DNA of 20,000 nucleotides from an uncultured virus (IMG/VR IMGVR_UViG_3300026167_000080) (IMGVR_UViG_3300026167_000080), one strand, 5' to 3'. Positions 1 to 9,111 are shown, counted from the stretch's first letter. Notes: generated by a model not told the origin, from the letters alone. Numbers and translations are program-made.

Positions 1-349
1 ATTCTGCTTTAATCAGTCCAAGTAATACTCGTACACTATTCTCGTTATTGTCAACGTATCCATTAATCTCTTCCTCTTCTTTACTACGAATAGTCTTTAA
101 AAAGGATTGAGAAATATAGAATACGAAGAACGCCATGTAAACTGTGGGTAAAGATAATACCCCAAATCCTTGACCCATTAACAAAGGCCAGGATACAAAG
201 CTAGCATAACGACCTGCATTTAAACCTAACACTAATGCAGAAAGTGCTAGTCCCAATAATAATCCCATTACTAACGGAGCAACTGCATTAAAGCAGACTG
301 TCGCTAGGATCACTAGAATGCTGATAATAATAATATTGAGCTTATTCAT
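1..349 (-). CDS. Membrane protein, 3'-partial (runs off the left edge); not in the supplied ORF track
   Basis: ATG at 349 is preceded by AAAGGAAAGGAAAGAT. The frame is open to position 1: MNKLNIIIISILVILATVCFNAVAPLVMGLLLGLALSALVLGLNAG...TVYMAFFVFYISQSFLKTIRSKEEEE..., with about three hydrophobic segments. Confidence 0.8.
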   Translation of the reverse strand, partial: MNKLNIIIISILVILATVCFNAVAPLVMGLLLGLALSALVLGLNAGRYASFVSWPLLMGQGFGVLSLPTVYMAFFVFYISQSFLKTIRSKEEEEINGYVDNNENSVRVLLGLIKAE

Positions 350-404
350 ATCTTTCCTTTCCTTTCCTTTATCTTTATTCTAAGAATATATGACACTCAG
401 CCTC

Positions 405-492
405 TATTAGACTTGAACTTATTTGTTATGGTCGTATAGATATCATCAATATACCTTTAAAATAATGATGATATCTATTTCAATGTCTAATA
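405..492 (-). promoter_or_regulatory. Long intergenic stem-loop overlapping the stop codon of the 331-aa gene
   Basis: Inner IR ATAGATATCATCA (436-448) / TGATGATATCTAT (466-478). Outer IR TATTAGAC-TTGAA (405-417) / TTCAA-T-GTCTAATA (479-492). Confidence 0.65.
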
Positions 493-1482
493 ACTCTCCA
501 ACATCTCTTTAATAAATGCACTTACATGCCCTACTGCTAGAATGACGATGGGTATAGAGATTATGATCACTGGATAGGTGTACCACGGCTTAGGATCATT
601 ACGATATCTTACACCCATATCTCTTTGAATTACTTCATTTAAGAAGTCCTTTTCATTGCGGACTTCTGTAACCGTTCTACCCTGCGGGTCTCCATAACCC
701 TTACAATCACTTAAATCAGACACTTCTTCAGATGCTACTAAAGAATATCGGTCATTTGCATGTAAAGCTTGAATCTTGACTAGTTGATCTTTTTTTAATA
801 CCGCCTCATTTACAACGTATGTTTCACTCTTATCCAAAGGACGACTTCCATACTCTGTAAGGTAGCCAGCTTCTGGGTCCTTCAAGAAGACATCTATTAG
901 GACATCTTTATATGAAACAAGTTGCCCGTTAATTACACAGAAAGTAACGGTTTGTACTTCACCTGTATTATCACTGGATAATCCTTGAGGATGTACATTA
1001 GGTTGAGCTAAGTTGAAACCATCTTTCTCAAGAAGGTTTCCATAACTATCAATTTGAAGAGATAATTCACTTACATCTCCTGGTTCCCCTAATGCAAAGT
1101 CATTAGATAAATCTAATGATACTGGCTTCTTGTTATTAGGAAGTTCTACTCTTAATTCATCCCCAATATTTAACTCTTTTTTACTCTGATATAACCACGT
1201 AATATATCCTGCAGCTTCAGTAAGTTGATACCTATTATCTCCATAATCAGCTGTGACGAAGACCTTTTCTACTAACCCTTTACTATCAGTATTCGCTGCA
1301 AGATTATAATCACTACAAGTATAATGGACTACACTTTTATCTTTGCCTTCAAATCCTTCTAGCATGCAAATCTGTTCGATTACTCTAATATTATTCCCAC
1401 TGAATAATTTAGGTACAAAAAAGGCTATTAAAAGGATGATAATCCCTAACCATGCGAGATTTGAATTTTCCTTAGAAGTCAT
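487..1482 (-). CDS. Hypothetical membrane-anchored protein (N- and C-terminal TM helices, ~270-aa soluble domain between them)
   Basis: 331-aa ORF with GAGGA RBS. Hydrophobic LAWLGIIILLIAFFV near the N-terminus and PWYTYPVIIISIPIVILAVG near the C-terminus. Confidence 0.8.
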   Translation of the reverse strand: MTSKENSNLAWLGIIILLIAFFVPKLFSGNNIRVIEQICMLEGFEGKDKSVVHYTCSDYNLAANTDSKGLVEKVFVTADYGDNRYQLTEAAGYITWLYQSKKELNIGDELRVELPNNKKPVSLDLSNDFALGEPGDVSELSLQIDSYGNLLEKDGFNLAQPNVHPQGLSSDNTGEVQTVTFCVINGQLVSYKDVLIDVFLKDPEAGYLTEYGSRPLDKSETYVVNEAVLKKDQLVKIQALHANDRYSLVASEEVSDLSDCKGYGDPQGRTVTEVRNEKDFLNEVIQRDMGVRYRNDPKPWYTYPVIIISIPIVILAVGHVSAFIKEMLESY

Positions 1483-1595
1483 AATATCCTCTTTCCTTTC
1501 GAATATTGTTTAATCTCTGATTCTTATCTTAATATGGCTTATCTCAATTAATCTAGAAATAAAACTTAATCTTTAAGTTAAAGTTTATTTTTACC

Positions 1596-1613
1596 TTTAC
1601 TTTATAAAGTAAA
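1596..1613. repeat. Perfect 18-bp palindrome in a very AT-rich intergenic region
   Basis: TTTACTTTATAAAGTAAA is its own reverse complement. It is flanked by (TA)n and (ATAG)n-like runs. Confidence 0.7.
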
Positions 1614-1686
1614 TATCTTATTTAGATATATATATATATATGAATTTTTTATAAATAGATAGACAGATAGATAAATAGAAATGTAT

Positions 1687-2124
1687 TTAGTTCTTTGCCT
1701 TAATATGGTATAACGCGTTAAGATGACGTTTTATATGTTGTAACGCTTTCTCATGAGCCCAGTCTAAATGTTCTTTACTTAAATGATTTACACTAAGTCT
1801 TTTTAGTCTTTCGTCTTTAAGACATAAATAATCTACTGCCAAATGTAATGGCATAGGATTCTCGATTAGTAACTTAGGTACATCCTCTAGACATCCTTGG
1901 TATGCTTTTGATATAGCGCTATAGCACGATAGATCCTTTGATCTATAACTTATATTATAGAGTTCAATTACTGCATTTAATATTGAGTTCTGTTTCTCTT
2001 CATCATACACACCTCTATAAGCTGCGTGAGGGGCTAATATTAAGTCCTCATACCTCTCTAGAGTGTAGGGCTTACTATCTATTTCCCTTAACCTCCTTAT
2101 CTTATTTGGTTCGACTGTATACAC
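1687..2124 (-). CDS. Hypothetical protein
   Basis: 145-aa ORF, GTG start, co-oriented with neighbours, no motif recognised. Confidence 0.65.
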   Translation of the reverse strand: MYTVEPNKIRRLREIDSKPYTLERYEDLILAPHAAYRGVYDEEKQNSILNAVIELYNISYRSKDLSCYSAISKAYQGCLEDVPKLLIENPMPLHLAVDYLCLKDERLKRLSVNHLSKEHLDWAHEKALQHIKRHLNALYHIKAKN

Positions 2125-2267
2125 GATATGTTTTTATTATATGTTTAAAGGATTAAAATCAATTTATATTATAATCCTTACCCAGTTCACTCAACTCTAA
2201 CTTCCAAGTGATGTACATATATACAAATTCATAATAGATATAGCTAATAAATCAATATAAAAATTAA

Positions 2268-2468
2268 TTAGCTAGTTTTATTCGTATCTTTCTCTTCTTT
2301 AGAAGTGTCAAGTTCTTCGTATAACTCTTGGAGAAATAGTGCTGCCCAAGCTAGCCTATCGTTTGTTTCAGCACATTCTTCTATTATCTGTCTAGCTGAC
2401 ATTAACAGCAATGCCCGCCCTTTTGTATTCATATCAACGATAGATTGAGACATTACAGATTGAGACAT
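2268..2468 (-). CDS. Small hypothetical helical protein with duplicated start (MSQSV-MSQSI)
   Basis: 66-aa ORF with an A-rich leader and a 15-nt tandem duplication that includes the ATG. Confidence 0.6.
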   Translation of the reverse strand: MSQSVMSQSIVDMNTKGRALLLMSARQIIEECAETNDRLAWAALFLQELYEELDTSKEEKDTNKTS

Positions 2469-2535
2469 GATAATTTGTTTTGTATTAAAAATTCAGAATT
2501 AATCAATATAAGAACTTCAATAAAAACCTTGACAT

Positions 2536-2768
2536 CTTCCCTTCCCTTCCCTTCCTCCTCCCCTATGTCTATCCCTTCTTTATGTAATAATCATTCTTTA
2601 TGTAATAATCATTCTTTGTTCTTTCTCCTCTTTATCTTATTATTTCTTTTATTAGAATATATCTAGATTCTTATCTTTATCTTCTAGAATTCATAATATG
2701 GAATTCTATGAGAGATTCTTAGATAATAAAAATATTTAATTTTAATCTTTAATCTTTAATCTTTAATC
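2536..2768. repeat. Cluster of intergenic tandem repeats
   Basis: (CTTCC)x4 at 2536-2555; 18-mer TTCTTTATGTAATAATCA x2.3 at 2576-2617; (TTTAATC)x4 at 2741-2768. Confidence 0.85.
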
Positions 2769-2784
2769 TGAAATCTATTTGGAC

Positions 2785-3516
2785 TTATCCGGGTATTAAA
2801 GCTATACCCATAAATCCATTCTGCGGAGGGAATCCATATTTAGGTTTACACTCCACAGTTAAATGAAAATCTCTTAGAGCCTCTTCAATAGAAGATACCG
2901 CCTCCTCGAGAACTATAGACTTTGGATGAATGTAAATGATGAACAATAGATAGTAAGGAGTTGAAAGAGTAGGTTCCCTTAACTCTACCTTAGCTATCTT
3001 TGATGAAGCAGAAGTAACACTCGGACTTAGATCTATTAGACACTCATTATAAGCACATCTAATATTTACTCCTTCTAATCTATCTAGAAGTAATTCCTCA
3101 TTACCTTCTATTGGTAATAATAAATTATTACCACTCGCTTCAATAGGTAAAGCTAGTTGACTATTTTTATATTCTTCTAAGGCTTCATCTCTATCTTTGC
3201 TGTATTTATAGTAGTTGGGAAGACAGACTACTTCTACCTCAAATAAAGTTAATCCCTTCACTTCAAGACTAAATCTCTTATGACTAACTTTTAAATAGTG
3301 ACTATTACCAAAGTCGTAGAGAGTAATTAGATCAATCTCTTCTTCTTCTTCCTCTACAATCTCAGTTGATACCCTGTAAGGTCTCTTTTCTTTTACCTTA
3401 TAAAGTTCCTCCCTCCTTGAATTTATGTATTCATTTAGACGAGAAGCATGGCATTCTCCATATAAGTATCCACTTATAATATGCAATGGCTCTTTCGGTA
3501 ATCTTAGATCGATCAT
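2785..3516 (-). CDS. Hypothetical protein
   Basis: 243-aa ORF with purine-rich leader (AGGAGAGAAGAGGACATAAAAGGT-ATG). Confidence 0.75.
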   Translation of the reverse strand: MIDLRLPKEPLHIISGYLYGECHASRLNEYINSRREELYKVKEKRPYRVSTEIVEEEEEEIDLITLYDFGNSHYLKVSHKRFSLEVKGLTLFEVEVVCLPNYYKYSKDRDEALEEYKNSQLALPIEASGNNLLLPIEGNEELLLDRLEGVNIRCAYNECLIDLSPSVTSASSKIAKVELREPTLSTPYYLLFIIYIHPKSIVLEEAVSSIEEALRDFHLTVECKPKYGFPPQNGFMGIALIPG

Positions 3517-3574
3517 ACCTTTTATGTCCTCTTCTCTCCTATCCTTGTTTGATTCTTTCCTTTAATTAATTATT

Positions 3575-3662
3575 TAAACCCTAGTCTAATCTAATCTAAT
3601 CTAGTTTAGTCTCTTCTAGTTTAGTAAAGAATGAAGAATTGATAAAGGAAGACTAGGGTTTA
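3575..3662. repeat. 13-bp inverted repeat enclosing (CTAAT)n-like repeats
   Basis: TAAACCCTAGTCT (3575-3587) / AGACTAGGGTTTA (3650-3662). (CTAAT)x3 at 3586-3600. Confidence 0.7.
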
Positions 3663-3718
3663 GCATTCTTTCTTATCCTATATCATTCTCTTATTACAGT
3701 ACACTGAACCACTCCCCC

Positions 3719-4423
3719 CTATACTATTACGAGTTTGAATAATAGGAACGATATTAGTCTCCCTATAAAAACTGACATTGAATAAGTAATGCAATTTTTA
3801 AGTAAACTCTTTGCTCTTAAGTGATAAGATAACTGACAATTAGCTGAAGATGTCTGTAAATAATACTGTATAAAATTACGACTTCTTCGAGCACCATAGT
3901 CAATATCTCTTACGTCATATATATGATCCTGAGGCCCTTCTATCTTTCGTAATAAAGATAGATCGTACACAGTTGATGTTACTCTAACTCCTTGACCTAA
4001 AGGATTAATTCTATAATCTACTCTCTCTACAATATATGGATTTTGAGGAGAAGTATTAAGAGTTAAAATAGAACCTTCTCGAGAAAAGAATACCCCTGAA
4101 TGTTTTGATAAATTCATAAAGATAGATAGGAATTGAGTTTTTATTTTGACCTCTCCTATTGATCCTAAGAACTTGTCAACACACCGGGAGTCTTCAATGA
4201 CTGTAAGATTCCCACCTGCCTTTATCTCCTCAATAACAAGATAATATAGCAGTTCCTGAAATATAGTTTGATACTCCTCACAACCTCTAACTGACCTACA
4301 GTCAGGTAGGCCTTTAGAAAACTTCTTTAGATTGTAATAAAAGTAATAAGGTAGAGGTAGACCATATACAGACGGTAATAATTCTACATCTGTTTCTCTT
4401 ACTGTATTAATTCTTTCGCTCAT
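3719..4423 (-). CDS. Hypothetical protein, possibly with a C-terminal hydrophobic anchor
   Basis: 234-aa ORF with AAGGGA RBS; ends in VFIGRLISFLLFKLVIV. Confidence 0.7.
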   Translation of the reverse strand: MSERINTVRETDVELLPSVYGLPLPYYFYYNLKKFSKGLPDCRSVRGCEEYQTIFQELLYYLVIEEIKAGGNLTVIEDSRCVDKFLGSIGEVKIKTQFLSIFMNLSKHSGVFFSREGSILTLNTSPQNPYIVERVDYRINPLGQGVRVTSTVYDLSLLRKIEGPQDHIYDVRDIDYGARRSRNFIQYYLQTSSANCQLSYHLRAKSLLKNCITYSMSVFIGRLISFLLFKLVIV

Positions 4424-4476
4424 GAAGTATTCCCTTTTTCCTTTTCCCTGGTTTATATGGTTTTATTAGCAACTGG

Positions 4477-4528
4477 TAAAGAGAGACAACTTATTCCTAA
4501 ATTAATTAGTTTCAGTTATCTCTCTTTA
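4477..4528 (-). promoter_or_regulatory. Intergenic stem-loop, 15-bp stem, 22-nt loop
   Basis: TAAAGAGAGACAACT (4477-4491) / AGTTATCTCTCTTTA (4514-4528). The single mismatch is a G-U pair on the minus strand. Confidence 0.65.
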
Positions 4529-4570
4529 TTCCTTCATCTCTTTACCCCTTTTCTCCCCTTCCCTTTATAC

Positions 4571-4617
4571 AATTAGTTAGATTTCCCTCCCGCCCTCCGC
4601 ATACGATCTAACTAATT
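4571..4617 (-). promoter_or_regulatory. Stem-loop just 3' of the 329-aa gene, 12-bp stem, G-rich 23-nt loop
   Basis: AATTAGTTAGAT (4571-4582) / ATCTAACTAATT (4606-4617). No U-tract follows on the minus strand. Confidence 0.65.
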
Positions 4618-4631
4618 TCTATTCTCTTTCT

Positions 4632-5621
4632 CTACATTGGAGAGTCAAAGTTAACTTCACCTTCTGCTGCTGCTGCTGCTGCTTCTTCAGGTACACTTGG
4701 GAAACTAGCAGCAGAGTCGGCTACTCCTTCCTCAGGATTATACTCCGACTCACTCGGTGCAGGCTCTAGCCCTAACTCACTAGCCAATCCTTGAAATAAA
4801 CTATCAGGAATATCAACCCTTGAAGAACTAGGACTAGAGACTTGCAAATAGCGAGCAGCGGCTGCTAGTTTTCGTGACAAGGCGTTGGGGCTAGTAAGTA
4901 CACTGCTACTCATAGCAGCCTGTGAGAGGCGAAGTTTTTGACGATCCTGTGCAATAATGCTTCTAGCAGTAGCATTATTGTTTGCTGCTTGCAGCACCAT
5001 ACTTTTCACCATACCAGGTGCGTATTCAGCCGGTACGAAACTAGGCATTCCATTGAACTGAGCAGTGTACCGCTCAATTTCAACAATATCAATTGCTGAA
5101 GGATCAGAAGGTAACGTTGGTGTGACTGTTTCTACACCATTAGGGGCTAAGAATACCCCTTGAAGAATCGCATGCGGAATACGGATAGTAACCGTAACCG
5201 CGTCTACATTTAGCTCATTCATTTTGTTTTGAATAAGCATCAGTTGCTGACTGTCCACTGTCACTTGAATAGTCACACCCCGACCTGCATTTTCAGCTGA
5301 GGTTGCAATGGGTAGCTGATGTGTCTTACCTTGGGTTGTAATATATTGATACTTCAACCGCTCGAATAGGTTTTCTCCATCTTTTTCTTCTTTTACATAA
5401 GAAGCTTCGTATAAACCTAAGATGTTGTACCACCCTTCGATGGCAGAACGACCTGCGTATATTTCATTTGGATTGGAGATAGTGTCTCTCAACCCACTAT
5501 TATTCGAGTTGGGCTTCAGTCGACGGACTACTAAGTCTACAAACAAATTGCTGTAAGACTTTCCGAAGTTGTAGCTGGTGTTTAAAGGTAAACCTTTAAT
5601 GTTCTTGCGTTTGATGCTCAT
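4632..5621 (-). CDS. Hypothetical protein with acidic/Ala-rich C-terminal tail; candidate ssDNA-binding or other abundant protein; probable paralog of 11389-12039
   Basis: 329-aa ORF with GAGG RBS, visibly higher GC than its neighbours, and tail ...EEAAAAAAEGEVNFDSPM. The SSB role is inference only. Confidence 0.8.
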   Translation of the reverse strand: MSIKRKNIKGLPLNTSYNFGKSYSNLFVDLVVRRLKPNSNNSGLRDTISNPNEIYAGRSAIEGWYNILGLYEASYVKEEKDGENLFERLKYQYITTQGKTHQLPIATSAENAGRGVTIQVTVDSQQLMLIQNKMNELNVDAVTVTIRIPHAILQGVFLAPNGVETVTPTLPSDPSAIDIVEIERYTAQFNGMPSFVPAEYAPGMVKSMVLQAANNNATARSIIAQDRQKLRLSQAAMSSSVLTSPNALSRKLAAAARYLQVSSPSSSRVDIPDSLFQGLASELGLEPAPSESEYNPEEGVADSAASFPSVPEEAAAAAAEGEVNFDSPM

Positions 5622-5634
5622 ATTCGTTTCCTCA

Positions 5635-5669
5635 GAATTGTTGAATTGTTGAATTGTTGAATTGTTGAA
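5635..5669. repeat. Octamer tandem repeat (GAATTGTT)x4 immediately upstream of the 329-aa gene RBS
   Basis: Four perfect copies at 5635-5666 plus GAA; reads (AACAATTC)n on the mRNA strand. Confidence 0.9.
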
Positions 5670-5690
5670 ATTAGATTAGATTAACTTGTT

Positions 5691-6431
5691 TTAATCTAAT
5701 TGTTTATAGGGCCAGTAAAAGGTAGAAGGATCTCCACCTTTTGCTTCATGTAAAGCTAACCCTGTTTGAACATCTAATTTAGGCTTTACATCCTCTCTTC
5801 CTCCTTTTTCTATAAGATGACACCAATCTCGGTCTGAAGTATCAACTACTCCATTCACCAATAGTGGGTGAAAGAATTGGATTTGTGTAAGAAGCCTATT
5901 CTCGTACCACTCTTCTATTACATAGTCAGTGATACGGTATAATTTGCTAGATACATCTAAAAGCTCTCTAGCAAAACTGACTGCCTCTTCAAGATTAGAC
6001 ACACATCCTTCTACTAATCCACCCTTTCGGGTTATTACAAAGGAAGAGGAGTTTTTACTGTCCCCCTTTGCAAACGGATATCTGTTGATAGCTAATTGCC
6101 TATTCGTATATACAGGCTTTAATAGCTCTTCTCTCAGAGAACTTTTTATTTCATCACTATCCCCTCTTAATTTCAGCAGACATAGTACGTCTGCTAACCT
6201 GATTTCCTCATAAGTAAACGTTCTACCTTCTATTACCCTAGAACACGTCTGTTTGTACCCTACCCCTATAACATATACACCTGATATATGCGGGATAGAG
6301 CTTAAAAGCTCCTCTACGTACTTTTCGTTATGTTCCTTTAACCTACACTTATCCTTCTTTCTGACTCGCCTTTTAGTAGGCTTAGGGAGTCCAGGCCTTT
6401 GAGTCCTTCTCTTTTCTAATAGTAATGCCAC
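5691..6431 (-). CDS. Hypothetical protein with basic N-terminus
   Basis: 246-aa ORF, GTG start after AAGGAAAG, K/R-rich first 30 aa. Confidence 0.75.
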   Translation of the reverse strand: MALLLEKRRTQRPGLPKPTKRRVRKKDKCRLKEHNEKYVEELLSSIPHISGVYVIGVGYKQTCSRVIEGRTFTYEEIRLADVLCLLKLRGDSDEIKSSLREELLKPVYTNRQLAINRYPFAKGDSKNSSSFVITRKGGLVEGCVSNLEEAVSFARELLDVSSKLYRITDYVIEEWYENRLLTQIQFFHPLLVNGVVDTSDRDWCHLIEKGGREDVKPKLDVQTGLALHEAKGGDPSTFYWPYKQLD

Positions 6432-6502
6432 TATTTTCTTTCCTTGTTCTTTCTTTGCTTCTAAATAGTTTTAATACTTTAGATGATTATAAGAAGCAGT
6501 AA

Positions 6503-7795
6503 TTAGACAAACTCTAAAGCTTTCTCTTCAAAGAAGAATGACGCTTTTAGAAAATCTAAATTAAATACTCCTTCATCATCAACTGGACACACAACCTTCA
6601 AACTGGTTGTATGTCTCGTGATACCAACAAATGCTCCTCCATGCATCGTAGTCATATGCTGCTCTAGGAACAACTGGACATTCTCAAAGGTTTTCCCTTG
6701 AGAAAGATGCAGGGTTAATGCAAACGCTAATTGAATGGGTAGTCCAAGAACTACTTCTCCCTCTTGTGGTACATACCCTTCCTTATATTCTTTTAGCTTG
6801 CCTTGACTCTCGATTTGGATCTCATATGTCACCTCCTTGTCTAATCTATTTACATAAATGCAAATATTCTCTGTTGATAGATGGACTACTTTGCCAAGGT
6901 CGCCATTCACAACACCTTTCTCCTTATCATTCTTACGAATAATAACAGGACAACCCTTACATAAATATAAAGGGGAATTGCCTAGACCCTTATAGCAATA
7001 TAAGTCTTTACCTTCTGAACCACTATTTACAAACTGTAATAACCTGATGTTATTTCTTTCTTGTAACATCTTTCGGCTAAGACAAATATCTACTTCATTG
7101 GGGTCTAAGGAAGGTGAATCCAACAAGATGCCTCGACTAAGCAAATAGTTCAGAATAATATTTTCTTTCTTAGCCGTGTCTTTCCCTCTTAACAAGGAAA
7201 TTACTTCAGCAAAGTCTTGGTCCTTTTGTCTCACAACTTTAGTGAGCCGGATGACCTTTACCTCTCTTAATCTTAAAGATAAGAAGAATGGCTGTACTTT
7301 CACTCCCAATAATTGAGCAGGATCCATGACTAGACATATCTTAAATCCCAATTTATCTGCTAGATTAAAGAGTTCGTCTATCACTCTCCCGTCTAAAAAT
7401 GAGGCTTCATCCACAATCATTAAGGTGGGTCCCTTTAAAGTTTCTTCATAAAGTTGACCTTCCGCATAATGAGTTAACGTATATAACAAACTATTAAGAC
7501 CATTCATTCCTAAATAAGAATGAATAGTTTTACCATTTTGATATTCTGCTGCAGCAGCTCCCGTAGGAGCTACTACAATAACGTTTGTTCCCTCATTCTT
7601 TGCTCTTTCTATCAACTTACGAGTGTGATAACTTTTACCCGTTCCCGGCCCTCCAGAGACTACTATTTTGTTGTCTTTGCTATCTAGGACTTCACCTAAC
7701 TCTAAGTCTTTATGAAGTCCTGTTCCCTCTGTGTTAAACGTTGATCTTTCTACGACCCGAGGCGGGGTCGATAAAGCTAACTGACTTGCTGCCAT
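6503..7795 (-). CDS. Pif1/RecD-like SF1B helicase (start uncertain: ATG at 7795, TTG at 7831, or fusion with the upstream ORF)
   Basis: Walker A GGPGTGKS, motif Ia APTGAAA, TIHSYLG, Walker B IVDEAS, motif III MDPAQL, motif IV LTKVVRQ, KN..KGVVNGDLG, motif V PIQLAFALTLHLSQGKT, motif VI FVGITR. Confidence 0.92.
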   Translation of the reverse strand: MAASQLALSTPPRVVERSTFNTEGTGLHKDLELGEVLDSKDNKIVVSGGPGTGKSYHTRKLIERAKNEGTNVIVVAPTGAAAAEYQNGKTIHSYLGMNGLNSLLYTLTHYAEGQLYEETLKGPTLMIVDEASFLDGRVIDELFNLADKLGFKICLVMDPAQLLGVKVQPFFLSLRLREVKVIRLTKVVRQKDQDFAEVISLLRGKDTAKKENIILNYLLSRGILLDSPSLDPNEVDICLSRKMLQERNNIRLLQFVNSGSEGKDLYCYKGLGNSPLYLCKGCPVIIRKNDKEKGVVNGDLGKVVHLSTENICIYVNRLDKEVTYEIQIESQGKLKEYKEGYVPQEGEVVLGLPIQLAFALTLHLSQGKTFENVQLFLEQHMTTMHGGAFVGITRHTTSLKVVCPVDDEGVFNLDFLKASFFFEEKALEFV

Positions 7796-8459
7796 CTTTC
7801 TTTGCCTTTGTCTCTCGTCTAATAATTCCAAATCTCTCTACAGATAAGTCTTGTTCCAAAGGTAATTCTTTGTCTGGATTATATGTCTCATCTTTTACTT
7901 TTACTACTTGAGACTTCTTCTGAGGTCTCTGAGGCTTCTGAGGTTTCGTATTATTCTGGAAAGAATACTCCGATTTGGGTACAATAAATACTTCTAAATA
8001 TTCATCTTTAACTTCATAGTCTTTAAGTCTTTCAAGAGAGCCAATGAGTTTCGGTAACTGAACTATAATTCCCTCAACTACCTCTTCATTACAGACCTTG
8101 TCCGTAAAGAATTTGATACTGTTATCATCTTGCTTGATGCTTAGTACTCTTACAAATCCTGCACTACTACAAATAAGCACAGGATTGAAGTCATGCTTTA
8201 AAGCCACATCAAGCTTATTATCCCTCATCCATTCTTCAAAAGATAATTGAAGAACTGTAGAACACCAAGAGTAATCTTGACTGTTCTTTACCGGACTAAT
8301 TAATTTCTTTAGCTTATTACCATATTTGGTAAAGCAAGCTTTACGAATTCCCTCAGAAATCTCTTTAAGATTATTGACTTGTTCAACAAACGATTTGACT
8401 TGAGTAGGATCTAGTCCTAGTTCGTGACACAGGTAATTTAAGACTGTACTGGCAGACAT
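7734..8459 (-). CDS. Hypothetical protein whose 3' end overlaps the helicase ORF
   Basis: 241-aa ORF with strong purine-rich RBS (AAGGAGAGAAGATATT-ATG). Confidence 0.75.
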   Translation of the reverse strand: MSASTVLNYLCHELGLDPTQVKSFVEQVNNLKEISEGIRKACFTKYGNKLKKLISPVKNSQDYSWCSTVLQLSFEEWMRDNKLDVALKHDFNPVLICSSAGFVRVLSIKQDDNSIKFFTDKVCNEEVVEGIIVQLPKLIGSLERLKDYEVKDEYLEVFIVPKSEYSFQNNTKPQKPQRPQKKSQVVKVKDETYNPDKELPLEQDLSVERFGIIRRETKAKKDGSKSVSFIDPASGRRKINV

Positions 8460-8508
8460 AATATCTTCTCTCCTTTTCTTTCCTTTCCTTTCCTTTTTTC
8501 CTTTTATC

Positions 8509-9111
8509 TTAATTACGATCTACATACTGAAGTATATCTCTGTAATAAGGACACTTTCCTGTAGCACGAGAAATAACAGGCTCTGATGCTAGTTGAAAGC
8601 AGTTAGGTCCCATTCTTCTTATTTCTGCAAGTGTAGGAGAAAAATCAGAATCTCCCGATAATAAGACTAATGAGTCTTTTGAATTCATTCCTCTTGAAAT
8701 CCTCATTAGAAAAGCAAATATTAACCCATCTAAATTTGCTTTAACTCTTTGCTCATTCTGATTGATAAAGACTGAACCTTCTACCACGATAGGTATAAAT
8801 CCTAACCTACGCATACTGAAGACATGGTTACTCAACCTTTCCCTTTGAGAAAAAGGTAATCTAGGAGAAACTCCTAAAAATAAATATCTCTCCCTAAACT
8901 TTCCAAACTCTTTATCTAGATTCTCTACTATATTCTTAAGAAGGAAATATATGGCCTTTAAATCAAATGTATCATCTAATGGTGCATTTAAAAATAGAAC
9001 ACCCCAGTTGATGAAATTATTATAATCAACTATTAATACATTCTTATTCTCAATTCCTTCCCCTTCCTCTTCCTTCTTCTTCTTCTCTTTGCTCTTCTCT
9101 ATACTACCCAT
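8509..9111 (-). CDS. NYN-domain (LabA/DUF88-like, PIN fold) ribonuclease
   Basis: N-terminal VDYNN (D-x-x-N), central K-x-x-x-D (VKANLDG) and the hallmark LLSGDSDF acidic motif. Confidence 0.85.
   Translation of the reverse strand: MGSIEKSKEKKKKEEEGEGIENKNVLIVDYNNFINWGVLFLNAPLDDTFDLKAIYFLLKNIVENLDKEFGKFRERYLFLGVSPRLPFSQRERLSNHVFSMRRLGFIPIVVEGSVFINQNEQRVKANLDGLIFAFLMRISRGMNSKDSLVLLSGDSDFSPTLAEIRRMGPNCFQLASEPVISRATGKCPYYRDILQYVDRN

Noticed and set aside
2130..2200. Sigma70-like promoters (TTGAGT or TTGATT followed by TATAAT) on the minus strand
   Set aside because: Both have 15-nt spacers, and such matches are expected by chance in very AT-rich DNA.
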